A DNA stretch of 62,780 nucleotides, filler included, from Sphacelaria rigidula (Eukaryota), in NCBI GenBank assembly GCA_964200075.2. It is 5 parts of 5 records of this genome, joined end to end, with 100 filler letters (N's around TTAATTAATTAA, not from the genome) between each part and the next. Parts side by side here need not be neighbours in the genome. Positions count along the whole stretch, not along the records: positions 1 to 12,478 come from CAXNAA020003725.1; positions 12,579 to 25,054 come from CAXNAA020003726.1; 3 more parts are not named here. One strand, 5' to 3'. A program made the translations under genes and the position numbers. Below are positions 11,766-25,154 of the stretch, in pieces; the stretch's first letter is position 1; every line of letters starts with the position of its first letter. The notes beneath the pieces are model-generated. The model was not told the DNA's origin, did not search any database, and was given only the letters and a program-made list of their open reading frames with translations.

Positions 11766-12359
11766 CACGCCAAACAATAGCTATTTCGTTGGCGGCCGTT
11801 GCCTAGTTAAGCAGTTATCTTGCCGAATCTACTGTTACGCAACCGAGGACCCTCACGTGCAACTAGTTAACTAGTTGCGCGAAATTCCGGCCGAGGGTTT
11901 TTCGCATGCAACTAGCAGGCCGAAAATACCGGCCGAGCATTTTTTGCAAGCAATGACATGCGCAGACGTCTCATCTAGCTGTGTTGACACGCAACCATCT
12001 GAACGAAATTTCCGACCGAAAGCTATCGATACACACGCGGCCATTCGGCTACCCTGTAGAGGATTTCCCGAACGTCATCCTCAGCTCCGTCGGTTTTGAA
12101 ATCCCCACTAGAGGATCTTGGGTATTCGCAATCCTCGAGACAATTTCCAATGTTGGCGCCCTCGAAAATCTGTGTCAATATTCAAATCCTCTGGATTGTT
12201 TTTGAAGGCACAAGTGCTATGGAATCCGGAGATTTGACAGCATGTTCTGTTCGAAATAAATCCTAATCCCGAATTTGGAATCGGGCAAAAAGAATGTATT
12301 TCGAACTGTAAAGGCTTTACAAATCTCATATACACTCGCAGATGGAATCTTTACACCAG

Positions 12360-12478
12360 GACTGCTGCCGAGATAGCCCCCCCCCCAAAACCGGCCAAAA
12401 ACGTGCGCGGAGGCGATGATCATAACTGCCGTTAAAGCTGGTTTCGTGCTGCACGACGCGACTGATTTGGGCGTCATG
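12360..12478. mobile_element. MITE family C, partial (cut by contig end)
   Basis: GACTGCTGCCGAGATAGCCCCCCCC...GGAGGCGATGATCATAACTGCCGT is the reverse complement of the right half of the element at 51666-51915. Confidence 0.75.
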
Positions 12479-12578
12479 NNNNNNNNNNNNNNNNNNNNNN
12501 NNNNNNNNNNNNNNNNNNNNNNTTAATTAATTAANNNNNNNNNNNNNNNNNNNNNNNNNNNNNNNNNNNNNNNNNNNN
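12479..12578. other. Artificial contig spacer
   Basis: N44-TTAATTAATTAA-N44 (stop codons in all six frames). Confidence 0.97.
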
Positions 12579-13096
12579 ATGGCCTCGGGTGTACAAATCC
12601 CCAGGATTTTTTCGTAGACTATAAGGTGGGGTTCTGAAAACTGATATCTCTGGAGAAAGTCTCTGAGAAAAGTCGTCCAAAATGACTCTTCTCAGCGACT
12701 GTTTTCAGTCCATAAGAAGCGGCCTGAGAATGGGATTCATCTCAAGTTGTCCCGGGAAATTAAAGGAGGTGTTCAAGGCATGAACAAAAAATGAACGAAT
12801 GCTTCGGAGAAGAACGTGCAAAGCGCGCTACAGCTTCAACGGGGTCTGACGCATGGCTCACTGAAAAATCTCGACTCGAAAAAAAGGGGAAAATGATCCT
12901 GATGGCGGCAAATAAGCTGGCCAAGGCTATTGTAGAACCTTCGCGACGCGTCTCGGTTTGGCTTCAAAGCGTTCACCCTACACCTTCCAGTTGGCACAAG
13001 TCGAAACACACCCTCACGAGAAGTGAAAGCACTTGCACAACACAAAGCGTGTTACATATTAGGCTCCACCAGGCATCACACAGTGTCTCATCTTAC

Positions 13097-16000
13097 GTTA
13101 GCCTTGACGGCCTCGTCCAACTTCGCCCTGAGTTCCTCCAGCTTCACAAACAGCTCGTCAACTGGGGTTTTAGGGAACTCCTTCCTCAATTCGAGCTGGA
13201 GAACGGCATGCCTCCGCCGCGCACAAGCCTGACAAGAGTCAATTTCCAAACATTTTTTTTTTTTTAAACGCGACGAGAGAGGGAAGGACAGCGACTTCAG
13301 ATGCTGTGGGACACCCCAAGGTCCCCCTTGGTGTTTCAGCGGTGAAGTGAGTGGTGCCCTGTGATTTTGACATCTTCTGCCGTGACTCACCCGGTTGGGG
13401 GCGGGGAGCTTGCAACCCTACGTTGGTTCTATTATCCTTGTGGCTACCCATCAGGATATTTGTGTCTTGTTGTTGAAATCGATGTTGTCGCTGCTTCCTT
13501 CTTCTTTCCTTTGTGTTGCTATTGCTTCCGTCTTTTTATGTTCCTTTCCTTCTTTTTTGCCATGGTCTTTTTTTTGCCCCTCCTCATCACGGGCTGGATT
13601 GTTACAATCAGCTGATGTGAGAAAACCAATCGATCGATCAATCAATCATGATAATGAGCCACCATGAGGAGATGACAAGAGAGTGAACAGGGGGACAGAT
13701 ACCGGGTGTTTATGACTTCGATTTTCTAGCCACATAGATGTAGGTCGAGAGTAGGACACATTGCTTGGATTTCCGACCACTGAAGACACTGAAGACGTAC
13801 ATACGAACCATCATCACCCGCAAGCTGTTTTGACACTTACGGGACGATACACGAATTTGAGCTACGCAAGTACCATATGCAAAATGCGAGAAACAAAACA
13901 CCGGCAAGATGAACGTGTAACACCATCAACACTGCCGGCGAGAAAAAAAATAGAGCCTACCCACCTGAATGACTATTGCCGCCGTTCTCACTGTGAGGAA
14001 CCGTCGTCTGTCCTTAGCGGTGTGGTACCAGCGTAGGATGGCCGTTGCCGACTGCCGCCTTAGTGTCAGGTCTTTGAAGTACGCTGCTGCCCTCAGGTAC
14101 TTGAGCATTTTCACCGAGTTGCTGAGGAACGGCTGTGGCGTCCAACACAACGCCGACAGAGAGAGCAAGCGTAAGAGACGAAAAAGAGAGCACAACGGCA
14201 CGCGCAGCAGTACGAACAACATCGTCACGTAAACAGTATCTGCAGCCAACAAGCGCGTACATGTATTGGAACAGCAAAATCACACATCACTCTATGGCAA
14301 ACAACTGCTAGGAGAAACAATGACAATGCTCGACACAACTGTAGCTGTGTAAATATATGAGCAACCGAAAAATAGCGAGTGCGATGCTGATGCTTGCCCA
14401 GGAACCTGTGCATCTGCATGCTGAACCTCGGGACGTCAACGCGCCGAGATAGCTACGGCTTCAATATTCATGCACCGGACTGTCAAGCACCCATCACTTG
14501 CAGCGGGGCAGTTCCATTGCCGGGATTCAAAATATTCAAGACAACTCTGAACTAAGAGTACGGCAGACGGGTACAACAACTACAGCCCTGTACATGCCGG
14601 TGGTGAAAGTGGGCACTAAAATAGTTCTCATCCCTCTATACTCGACCGTATCGCCAAGTCTCGACTTGCTGTGCAACGGGGTACTACCCTCGTACATATG
14701 TACACACATCAGAGTTCCACGTACGTCCCTCATACACCAGAAGAGTGTACTTAACGTGCGTGTACCTGTGCAGATAGATACACGGTAAGAGCGCATCAAA
14801 ACGAGACGTGAACGCGTGACGAGCGCTTTCATGCACGCTTTGATGTCAAGACGCTTCATGTCTCCACACCTGGATCGTGGTCCGCACCACCGCCCGTCTT
14901 CTAGCGTACCGTGCCCATCGCTGGATCACGCGAGCCGCGCTTTTCCTCCTCAGCTCCACCAGAAGGTTGAGCTTGTCCGACATCGAGTTACGCAGGAACA
15001 CCTGTCCGTTGACACCGATCGGAACATCGCACAACAAATACACCACGCGTTATTTGGTCTTCACCGCGAAAGAGCCTAAATACTGTACCTTGAAAGTCAT
15101 CCCCCAGCCGAACTATCCAAGTACCACGATAACGCACGGTACGAGTCTACAGCAGCTGGAAAAAGCGATGCTCAGTTGTGGCAAATCATCGCCATCCACT
15201 CATATCCTCAAAGTGCAACTTTCTTTTCGAAGGATAAACACCTTTCCGAAGTGCCGCCGTGTAATAACGTGTACACCATCCCTGGGCGATGACTACTGGG
15301 AACCCGCAAACTCATCAGCCGAGGGTAGCAATTAGGGGTGGTATACTACGTACATGTGATATACCCGGCGGGAGTCACGTTCAAGAGATATTTTTTATTC
15401 ACGACATTTTTCTCGAAATAAGAACCGAGCATGAATCCTTTCGGCGTCCATGTGCCAGAAGATGAGGTTTTTTTGGCTGGCCCGCCGGGGGTCGGAATCA
15501 TTGATTTGGCGGACGAGACAGCACATTGATATATGCACACAAGGGGCTACGAGCCGTCAGGCCATTCCCGGGACATAGCCCGTGCCCTCTCCAGCAGAAT
15601 AGTTTATACACCAGTGACTGCTCGGCAATCGCGTATGCAATTTCCTTATCGTGGGCATTAATCAAAGCACGAGCGCGATACGAAGGCATACGGCGCGCAG
15701 CTACCTTGTTTGATATGAGAATTCCGCGAAGACGAGTCAAAGTGCGCTCGAGTGCAACAAAACCCAGGCTTGGCTACTCAACCACGCTAGGCTGCTGCAA
15801 AACATATCGATCCAACAAGAAAATGCACGGAATCGTTCGAGCACCCAAGCACCCGAGCGGCCTGCTCCGGCCTCCCCGCCTACAATATCGTCATCCTCTG
15901 GGCAGAGCTGTCACGGGCCTAGGAGGTTGCGGGTGCTGAGCTTGTTAGCGATCACCACCTTGAAACGACACATGGTGTGCGATGTACCTTGGAATTTCCG

Positions 16001-19000
16001 ATCTGCCAGTTTTCTTCGGAGACCCGTAGCGTCCTGCTTAGCAAAGCCACCAGCTCCTCCACATCGTTTGCCTTCGGTTCCAGTACTGAGTACTTTCGGA
16101 AGAAGTCGTCGTGCAGCTCACGCAGAGCATAGCCCTGTAATCAAATCCACCATTGCATCGTCAACAGGAGCATTGACTCAAATTTGTCCACAACTTCAAA
16201 CCATGCGTTGCACTACGATATATGCGCCAAAATCAAACAGCGAACAATGATCGCACCGAAGTACAAAGAAGCACCGGACGGGAACGGCTCGAGGCAAATA
16301 CAGCTGAACAAGGCGCGTTGTTTTCAGGATCACCATGTTACAGTATTACCATCGTCCACCACAAAGTGGCATTGTATGGCTTGCGATCTTGAGGACATTT
16401 GAGCACGGAAATCTGCCCAAATAAGGGCTAGTTGACCGTCGTTGGGCTACATATGTCCATGGTTGACACAATTAAACAAGTATCACTACTAAAATAAGGG
16501 CAAATCGACTGTGAAAGGCAAAATCAAATAGTTACATCGACCCCGCCTAGATACTGTGCAATACAACCACTAGAGTAGAATGGCCAGGGAAAGGCCTGCA
16601 AACCATGTAACGGAACCGATTGATGTGCCAAAATGGAACCTTTCAGCTGCAGTGGAAAGTTGGAGAATGACAAATGACTGAGGTTAGCGACGACTTCACT
16701 AGGGTCGTACTCCACTTACACCCGTCCCATGACAACCCCTCACCCCTCTCCCGCCACCATGTGGAGCACCCGCGCCGTAAGTACGATCGAAATAATTCAA
16801 GCACACCAGAAGTGGGGGGGAAACGAGTGCTCTATTTGCTGCCCCGTAATATTGCGTGATTCACTGTAGGACACGATATACGTGGCGGACCTGTCTGCGG
16901 ATACGAATGGTTTCCATCATTCCCGAGTACTGCAGCTGTCGAAGCACCTCCAGGGCGTCCAGCCTATCGCGTTCCTTGTCGGGGTTTGGCTTCACGCACC
17001 GGATATACCTGGTGACGAACAGAGTGCACAATGAACAAAAAGTCGTGCGCATATCCGCTAGATTTCGGCTGCAAGTCAAGTGGAGCACACACCTCAACGG
17101 AGCGAGTGCACGAGAGCCTACGATAGAACGTTGTCATTCGCATGCCGTCGAGATTTCCTTGATACACATTGAAAACATCTTCACAACAGGGAACAACAAC
17201 AAGCATTCAGTACAGAAAAAAAAAACTTATCTTGAGTCACTTGCAGCTCGGCGCACTGTTACCTCAAAAGAACGATACGAGCACACGTTTAGCACGTGTG
17301 CTGCAGTTACACCTCTCATTCAAGAGTCGTGGTGTACACTCGACTACTCGCCCGGAAAAACGCTTTTTTCCCCACAAGGCTGGCCACATTCCACATGACT
17401 CCACGAGCAGCAATGAAATATGCACAGCCTCGAACGTCGACTGAGGTGGAAGAGCAATACTGGTCATTCACCATGTCGTTTACACCACATGCAGCTTACT
17501 GGATAAAAAAATAACCCCTTGCTCCGAACCTGGCATACGGCCATGAGCACTGTACCTGGGGCTCGTGATGGATACCTCTCAGATCACGCAGGGAAGACTT
17601 TTCTGAGCTACGATCCAACGGACACAGACATATATATACATGTATATGAATCCATCACATCAAAAAAAGACCCAGTTGCTTCACAACTCCACGCACGTTT
17701 TTCGGGGGCAGTAGAAACTCACGTCAACATCCTCCCTGAACACATAGCACAAGACTTTGCTTCGCGCTGTACCTGGGCTGCGTAGTGGAAATGGTACCGA
17801 TCAAGCCGGCCAGACTCTGCTTGAACTGTGCCCCCACGCTCGCCTCTCGAATACGACCACCTCCTCTCACGCGCGCCGCCATCGACCCGGGAGTGCCGGA
17901 CATTGGGGTTTCGTCGCTGTCTTCATCAGCACTATCTTGTGCCCCCACCGCGAACACCTGTTAAAGACGCAAGGATTCAATATTTTCAACGACACGCGAA
18001 CCGCTGCCTAGTCGAACTCGAATATCGTCGCGCTAACTCATATTAGGTTGCCAACTGTGCACGTCATCACACGGGTGCATGTTGAAAAAAAAAGTAATCT
18101 CCATACCAGAACAGAAGAGGACGAACCACACCACACCAAAACAACAAGCGATGACAACGGAACATACTACACCACAGTAGTTAAGTCAGGATAACTTCTC
18201 CAACTGCCAAAACCTCAAACCGCCCGTCGTCAATATTGCCCAACTAATTTGCTGACAAGTCGGATGCCTGTAATCTAACACCATCGGCATTACCGTACCG
18301 GCTTGCCTACAACGCGGCCACGCGCAAATAAACCCGATCACTACCCCCGGGGTATTCTCTCCTCCCTTAGTACTGAGTACCGCGAACCAGTAAGACCAAA
18401 TCGGGATCCTAAAACATAACCAGGACCGTTCGTTGCAGAGGAGTACACATCAGCATGAGAATGTAGGCCTCACCAAGCTACAGCATCAATCTCATCAACG
18501 TTCATTCGTACCTCCGCGACGAGCTCGTTGGTAGAGTTTCCGACTAGCGTCTTGATGTCCTTGCTGAGATTCTCCCTGTTCTTCTCGTTGAAGTTGCGAA
18601 TGCTGTAGATGACATCACCTGGCGCACATCAATCAGGGATCCATTAGACCACTCGTGCTCACCCCAATAGGTTGTTCATCTCTCGAGGATGCCGTAGATG
18701 TGCTCTTATCCTACGGAGCACCCCTTCGTGAACGTAGGGTGGAGCGCACACGGGTTACGTGCCACGGAAACTCGATTTTCTCGTGAGTACCATGACCGTC
18801 ACCAAACTACTTGCCCAGTTAAAGTGGAATCGCCTTCTTGGAACTTGTTTCGGGGACTGAGGTCACGGTACCCCATGAATCCTATGAAACCCGAGGACGT
18901 GCTCCCCACAGCCACAGCACATTCAACTTTTTCGAGGGCAGATCGGGTAGGGTACGCACTTCGGAGTACCCCAAGGTTTCGTTAGAGTTGGGTACGATCT

Positions 19001-22000
19001 CATTACCCTACCTCAGTATCGGGTATATAATCTCAGGAATACCGGGGTGTAGGGTATAATTTGGGTACGTCCTCTGCGCCATAAGTACAGTCCGTCATGG
19101 TCACACGGGTTCTTCACCGTGTCCGATTTGGTTTTCGTTTTTCCATTGTCTTCTTTGGCGTTGTTGGGCGGAAATCATTTCATTTTTCCTTACAGTTCAT
19201 ATTTTCATCACGCGTTCGGATAGCCGAAAATAAAAGGTCGGGCCCAAAATATCCACATTCCACCAAAACTCCGGGGGAATAAGAGGTGGAAAAACCGGGG
19301 ATAGTGTCCAAAAACGCACACTACTCATTACTCGTCGCTTATTTTACTTTTAGTACAGTGGCTAGCTACTCCTCAGCCGAAACCATTTCGATACGTCATC
19401 ACTTCTGTCCATAATGCAAAATGATCAAAAATGGCTCAGGGTGCCAAAAACCTAAAATCAAGTGGCGAAAGTGGGCCGAAGTTGGGTCAACTCTGACGCT
19501 CTTCTTCTTCCGATGGATGTCTCCATAACTATATATTTTCAACAAAGCTACGATAAACATACCTGCAGCCTCGTCAAGACCACTGTTGGGGAGGGACGAG
19601 GGACGACGTACGAGATACGATCAGCAACCCATAACGGAAATTGTTTTCTGCACAGATGACGCATGGCCTCGGTACTCTACCCCACATTTGGGTAGAGTCG
19701 GGTATAATCGCAATACTATATCTAAATAGTGGATAATTTGGCTACGATCTCATTACTCTATCCATTCCGAGGGATACCGCAACGATCGACTTTTCCAAAT
19801 ACCCGGGTATAGATTAAATCTACCCTACCAGACCTGCCCTTGAATTTTAAAACGTTCAGGGGTATGAATCTAGTAAGTCGGGATTTTTGAGACTAGCCGG
19901 CAAGCACCCTAATCTGCTGGCGCTCAAAGAGTAAGGGACTATAACAAGGCTTCTCTCATGCCACCCGTTCGCGGCAACCACGTACATCACGCGGATACGC
20001 GTGAAGAAAGTGTGTACACCGTGTGACGGAGAGCACTCCGAATGGTTTACTTTCGAGAGACTATCTGGGATCGTTCTGTCGTGGGACACATCTTGTCGGC
20101 ACCTTCGGCATGAACGGTGTACTGTACTTTCAGAATCCTGCGACTTGTTTTTGAGAAGTCGAGAGTTCGAAAATCGATCGTCGAAAGTATGCTATACTTC
20201 CCGCCATCTACAGCGCTGGCCGCAGGCACCTGTCCAGCTTCAACGTTGCCCCTACATTCAGCTGGCGTACGACGCATAAACGACCCAAACTGCAGCGTGA
20301 CATCGCGTAGTTTTTTTCGGTCTTGACGCGATCGATTAGAATTCAGCAACAGCTGCACTGCACAGACCTACAATACATGTAGACATTTCGACGTCGATAA
20401 CAGGGCAAAAGTGGGATATTTCTCGCTGATTTCACGTATGATTGGAGCACGTGAGACACACACATGACCCCATCAAGACCCACGACTTTTACTTGGAAGT
20501 GCGAGAGTTAACCCGATTGTACAACGGCATCGTGATTGGACTCATTTCCATCCTGGCGCACGGCGCACTCTTGAAAGTAAGAGAGGTGCCAAACTGTGCA
20601 AGGCTATTTCGTGACAATTGTTGGACTGTTGAACGTACCAGCGTAGTGCTTGATGCCAAAGGAGCTGTTTTCGTCAAAGCGGGGCACCAGGAAGTGCGGG
20701 TGGCCCCCTCTGTCCGCGCCGCCGGTGCTCGAAGGCGAGCTTCTACCCCTGAACATGTCACATCACGACACCGTGTCAGTCGTGTCAGTCATGTCACAGT
20801 GCGGAGACGTGGATGACGACGGGCAACGATGGGCACCTTCATCACAAGGACACAAAACCAAACCGTTACAAAAAAATGAAAATGAACGACTCGCGGCAAG
20901 GAAGATGGTAACTTCGAGTCCATACGGTCATGGTTGGCACGAAGTCCCAATTCCCAGGTAGAGCAGCATCAAGCATTAGCGAGGTGCGCACGACATCGCG
21001 CGGCGTCCACCACTCGTATTGCATCTGGGGTCGGGCAACATGGTACCGTACCGTACCGTTCGCTTCGCACCGACACACGCTGCCGTCTGTCGCCCAAACG
21101 ATTATACTGCACTCTTCAGGTGTTCGGAGTGGACCCAGGGCTCACTGTACCGTACCGCGCTGCGTGTCGGATATAACTGTTCGAGCGCGGAAATTAAGTT
21201 GCTTGCCTCACTGCGGAAGAGAGAAAGTTTCCGGCCGACTGGCGGCGTTGAAACTTGATCATCAGCTTATCTCTCCTGCGAGATGTCGAAAACAAAAAGA
21301 ATCAACAGCAAGTCTTCTGCCTTTATTCCAGAACTTGTAGGCTGGCGAGTCGACACACAATTCGACCTTTCGGATGACCTTTCGAGAGACCTTCGACGAA
21401 CCACACCTGGAAACTTAGATTGATTTTGGACCTTGGACATACTTCCTGGATATTTACACCAAGAAAGCTCTTCGTCTACTGTACAGCATGGGGTTAGGCA
21501 CGCGACTGCCACAACGACTTGTGCTTGCTTTCCGCTTCATTCGGACACTGCTTGTCCCCCCCCCCCCCCCCCCTCCCTCTGAGAATCAACGCCAAAACAT
21601 GACCAAATACAAGTGGGTACCGCCGTGCCCCGGTGGCGAGGCAGGACTAACAGGATAACATGAGCCAGCTTGGTCGGCACAGCAGGTTCGATTTCTAGCA
21701 GTAACGTTTTTGTTTTGCTGAATTTCACCCTGGGAAGCGGGAGGAATTGAATGGACAAAAAACGGATGAAACACGACGGGCTTCGAGAGCGCCGATCCAG
21801 TGCTTGAATATAAACTGCAAAGCAGGTAGTGAGGTGGAGACGGCGGACCCCCTGACACTGCGGACTATTCCCGAGGACGGGGACGGGGGGAGGGATGAAA
21901 AAAAGATGAAAAAATAGAGTAAATGTGATGGTTGATTTGATTTGATGTGATTGATTGATTGGCGCACATTACCTGATGCTCGAGGGATCTGAGGGCCCCA

Positions 22001-24190
22001 GCCATGGTCAAACGAATATACCCAATATAAACAAAGCGGAAAAGTTCGGCAAAAAAAAACAGTGGTGAAAAACTGGGAACGTATGACGAACAAAATGAGT
22101 GATTTGACGAAGCAAAACCGAGGACAGAACCGAGAAAAAAAGAATAAAACAAAACCGTGTGTATGAACAGGGCCATTGATCGTCATGCACTCAATCAATC
22201 ATCAATCAATCAACTATATTAGTAAACTGGTGTGCTACGAATCCAGCCGAGGTGAAATGAATCATGCTCAAGGGGTACCTCTATCCAAAAAAATGAATCA
22301 TGACCGATGTTATTGGATGAAATGAATAGAAGGGGAATGACGGAGCCTGGCGGGGGAGCAAAACATTGTATAACAGCGAAACCGAAGACACAAGAGTGCG
22401 CCTCCCGCGAGACCATGTGCAAGCGATCTACACCTTCATACGCCGATACCAACAGAGCGCGGTACAACAAGCGAACAACACCATAGCCACGACAAGCAAG
22501 CGGCAGATTTGATGGATATGATTGGTTGTCGTACTTCAACTGATCCCCCCAGGGGTCATGATCCAGCCGTGGTGACACGATAGACGTACGTACCCAAGAT
22601 CCAACAAAACTGAAACACTCGCTGAAAGAAAAGAAGGAACAGGAAAAGTCCAACAGATCGACATACAAAACCAACAAGTAAAAAACGAAGAGAATAGAAA
22701 GTCAACAAAAGTAAAGCACAGAAAGAAACGGTCGATGTAAGACAAGAGCAGGCATCGCCATAATCACCCCACTACCAAACAATGACGGTAGTCGCCTTTT
22801 TGGGGCCGTTCTACATCTCCACCACTACTACAATATAGCACCGGACAAGAAGCCCACACTACAATAACACAGAAAATCAAGAACCGTCGGGGCAATACAT
22901 ACCGCCGCACAAAATAACGCCACAACCAAGAACTTTGACGCAATAAACGGGGAAACATCGGCATCGAATCCAACCCTAACCCTAATAGTGTTCAACACAC
23001 CTGCCACCGCTCATGCCCACCCCCGAACTCGGCGCGAAGTTGGCCCTGAGGTGTGAGAGAAACTGAGTGTTGGCTTCGCCCCCCTTGAAGCGCTGGATAT
23101 CGTCCAGGGCAGCCAACACCCCTGCCTTCCCACCCGGCCTGCCGTCTATCAGTTCCAAGCACGCCTGAAACATACAAAGTGAAAAAGTCGTTCGGGTGTA
23201 AATCTTGAGCTTTCAGTGGGATTTTGAAAGCACTTTGGTGTTCCTGGTTCTCAGCGGTTTTCTTGCGGCACTTCACCCCAACACGTTTGTTCCGTTTACA
23301 CCTTGACCAAAAGGTTCCGGCGACACTAAGCACTGACTACTGCGGTGACACCAGATCGCTGCCATCAGTATTATCCGGCCAGAGTAGAGATCGGTAATGC
23401 AACACCAGTAGACGTGTCGAAAATCGCACGCTTCTGAGGTATCACAGCAGTAGGTAGTAGGACAACCGTGCTAGGCTCTCCTCGTTGGTCTGGTGCAGTG
23501 AGTACTTGGCCAGGTACATGCATGTGTCCTTGCCGTCCATGCGTGCGATACAACACTTCAGATAGACCAGAGGTTGTATGTGTGGCAACCTCGCGCTGCA
23601 AATATGGTCCACCGCCAGGGGCCCCGGAGGGCCAAAAAGCCGATTCAATCTTCTTCTCGCCTAACAGCGACCAAATAGGGACCCAGTTTCCTTTCCCCGC
23701 CTTCGCCGACTTTCATCACGCCGCACATTCTTCTCAACCTTTACCCGCGGCAAAAAATTGCACCAGCCGAAAATGGCGGGTGCCGCACGCCGCACATGCC
23801 ACACTGCACACCATGCGCTTTTGCTCATCTCCAGTCCAGAATATGCACACGCGCATAAGCGCATCCCCAATCTGAAGCGCTGGTGTGATACCGCGTACGG
23901 GAGCATGTCTTCAGTAGACACAGAAATACTGAAACGCACAGAGTTCAACAGCCGAGGACTGACCCCTACAACAGCCGGTTTCCATTAAACGTAACTAGCT
24001 AATACTCCGGAGTATTACAGCGCCCAGTGGTGCGGCGTGTGCGGTGCAACAATCACAGCAAATACCGTACAGCACAGCATAGCACAGTACGGTAGAGTAA
24101 AGGAAGTTCACCTTGTTGTCGTTGAACTTGATGTAGCTCCAGTCTATCTGTTCCTTTTCGTACTCGGACTGCTCCACCTCAAACATGTGC
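13097..24190 (-). CDS. MYO29: Unconventional myosin heavy chain, stramenopile class-29-like; internal exons (motor C-half, converter, IQ neck, start of tail)
   Basis: Phase-consistent exons: 24190-24112 ([26 protein letters not shown]), 23164-23001 ([22 protein letters not shown]...), 20748-20639 (...[21 protein letters not shown]), 18618-18512 ([18 protein letters not shown]...), 17957-17773 (...[23 protein letters not shown]), 17008-16891 (YIRCVKPN...[16 protein letters not shown]), 16134-15988 ([11 protein letters not shown]...WQIGNSK), 15001-14870 ([11 protein letters not shown]...AARVIQRW), 14132-13965 (IQ-like motifs; acceptor less certain), 13228-13097 (ACARRRH...LDEAVKAN). Myosin identity is certain. 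The class 29 assignment is recalled from the YSGMME..RIRR.GYALRE signature. Confidence 0.93.
18931..19844. mobile_element. Non-autonomous DNA transposon with ~24-bp TIRs, in a myosin intron
   Basis: TTCGAGGGCAGATCGGGTAGGGTA ... TACCCTACCAGACCTGCCCTTGAA. The internal 19270-19490 resembles 40290-40500. Confidence 0.7.
21932..22740 (-). mobile_element. Cluster of RTE-like LINE 3' ends
   Basis: Tail motifs at ~21932-22010 and ~22518-22580 (TTGTCGTACTTCAACTGATCCCCCAGGGG..CCAGCCGTGG), each followed by an A-rich tract on the plus strand. Confidence 0.65.
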
Positions 24191-25054
24191 CTAAGGCACA
24201 CAGGGACAAACGAGCACAGAACACAACAATTCATAAGAAGCGAATGAGGCGATAGTCCAAGCAGGAAATGAGGATGAATAAACATGGGTGCAGTGAAGAG
24301 GTGCTCAACGGCATCGAAAATAAGAAACGAGTCCAACATGCCAACAACTCCGAGGGAGCAAAAAGTTCGACTGGAAGCCAAACTGTGTGCACAAAAATCA
24401 GTGAAGCGCTTTCGAATCCTCTCGAGAAAAAGCGCAACTCATTCCGAGTAGCCCTACTCTGACGAAAAAAGGGACGATGCGCCAAACAGGCAAGTTGTTG
24501 GCCGTTTTCAGTATTTCCTGAATGTATACAAGCAGCGATCTGAGGAGTAATTCACCTTCAACAATGAACTGCCGCATGCATAGAGCTTCGGCTACAGGGC
24601 AATATTAACCCTACAAAAAACACGTGTAATCATTCCACTTGTCTTCCTTTCGAATGTCCGACACACGATCAAGGACCAAGGGTGAAGCACACAACATGCA
24701 TGCCTCCATTGGGGTGCAACGGCTGTGCACTTGTCTTGCTGAGACGTGATTTCAAGCGTTCGCATGGGCACGATACAAAGCAGCACTTGCCAAGGCTCCC
24801 TCCCATTTTCATCGTACAAGCAAAATGATGGGCTGCCAATTGGGGACGTCGCCGCCCGAGGGCTTTTGAACGTGCGAAGGTGTCCAACAAAATAGAAACT
24901 CACGGGATGTCACTCTCCACTCGTGTACCGCAAGCAAGATATTGAACCAACTCATCCCCCCCCCCCCCCCCCCCCCCCAACCGTCACTCTCGTTAGTAAG
25001 AACGTGGCTTCGACTCCACGCGGAGGTGTCGTCACAGTCAAGGTACCACAACAA

Positions 25055-25154
25055 NNNNNNNNNNNNNNNNNNNNNNNNNNNNNNNNNNNNNNNNNNNNTT
25101 AATTAATTAANNNNNNNNNNNNNNNNNNNNNNNNNNNNNNNNNNNNNNNNNNNN
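25055..25154. other. Artificial contig spacer
   Basis: N44-TTAATTAATTAA-N44. Confidence 0.97.

Noticed and set aside
12523..12534. TTAATTAATTAA palindrome recurring four times at ~12.6-kb periodicity
   Set aside because: Assembly linker, not biological.
11259..13228. Myosin fused to the Roco/COR-like C-terminal domain (same strand, myosin lacks its 3' end)
   Set aside because: An artificial spacer between size-sorted contigs separates them; there is no evidence of linkage.
22974..22985. Telomeric CCCTAA repeats (also ~58991-59003)
   Set aside because: Only two units, internal to introns; not a telomere.
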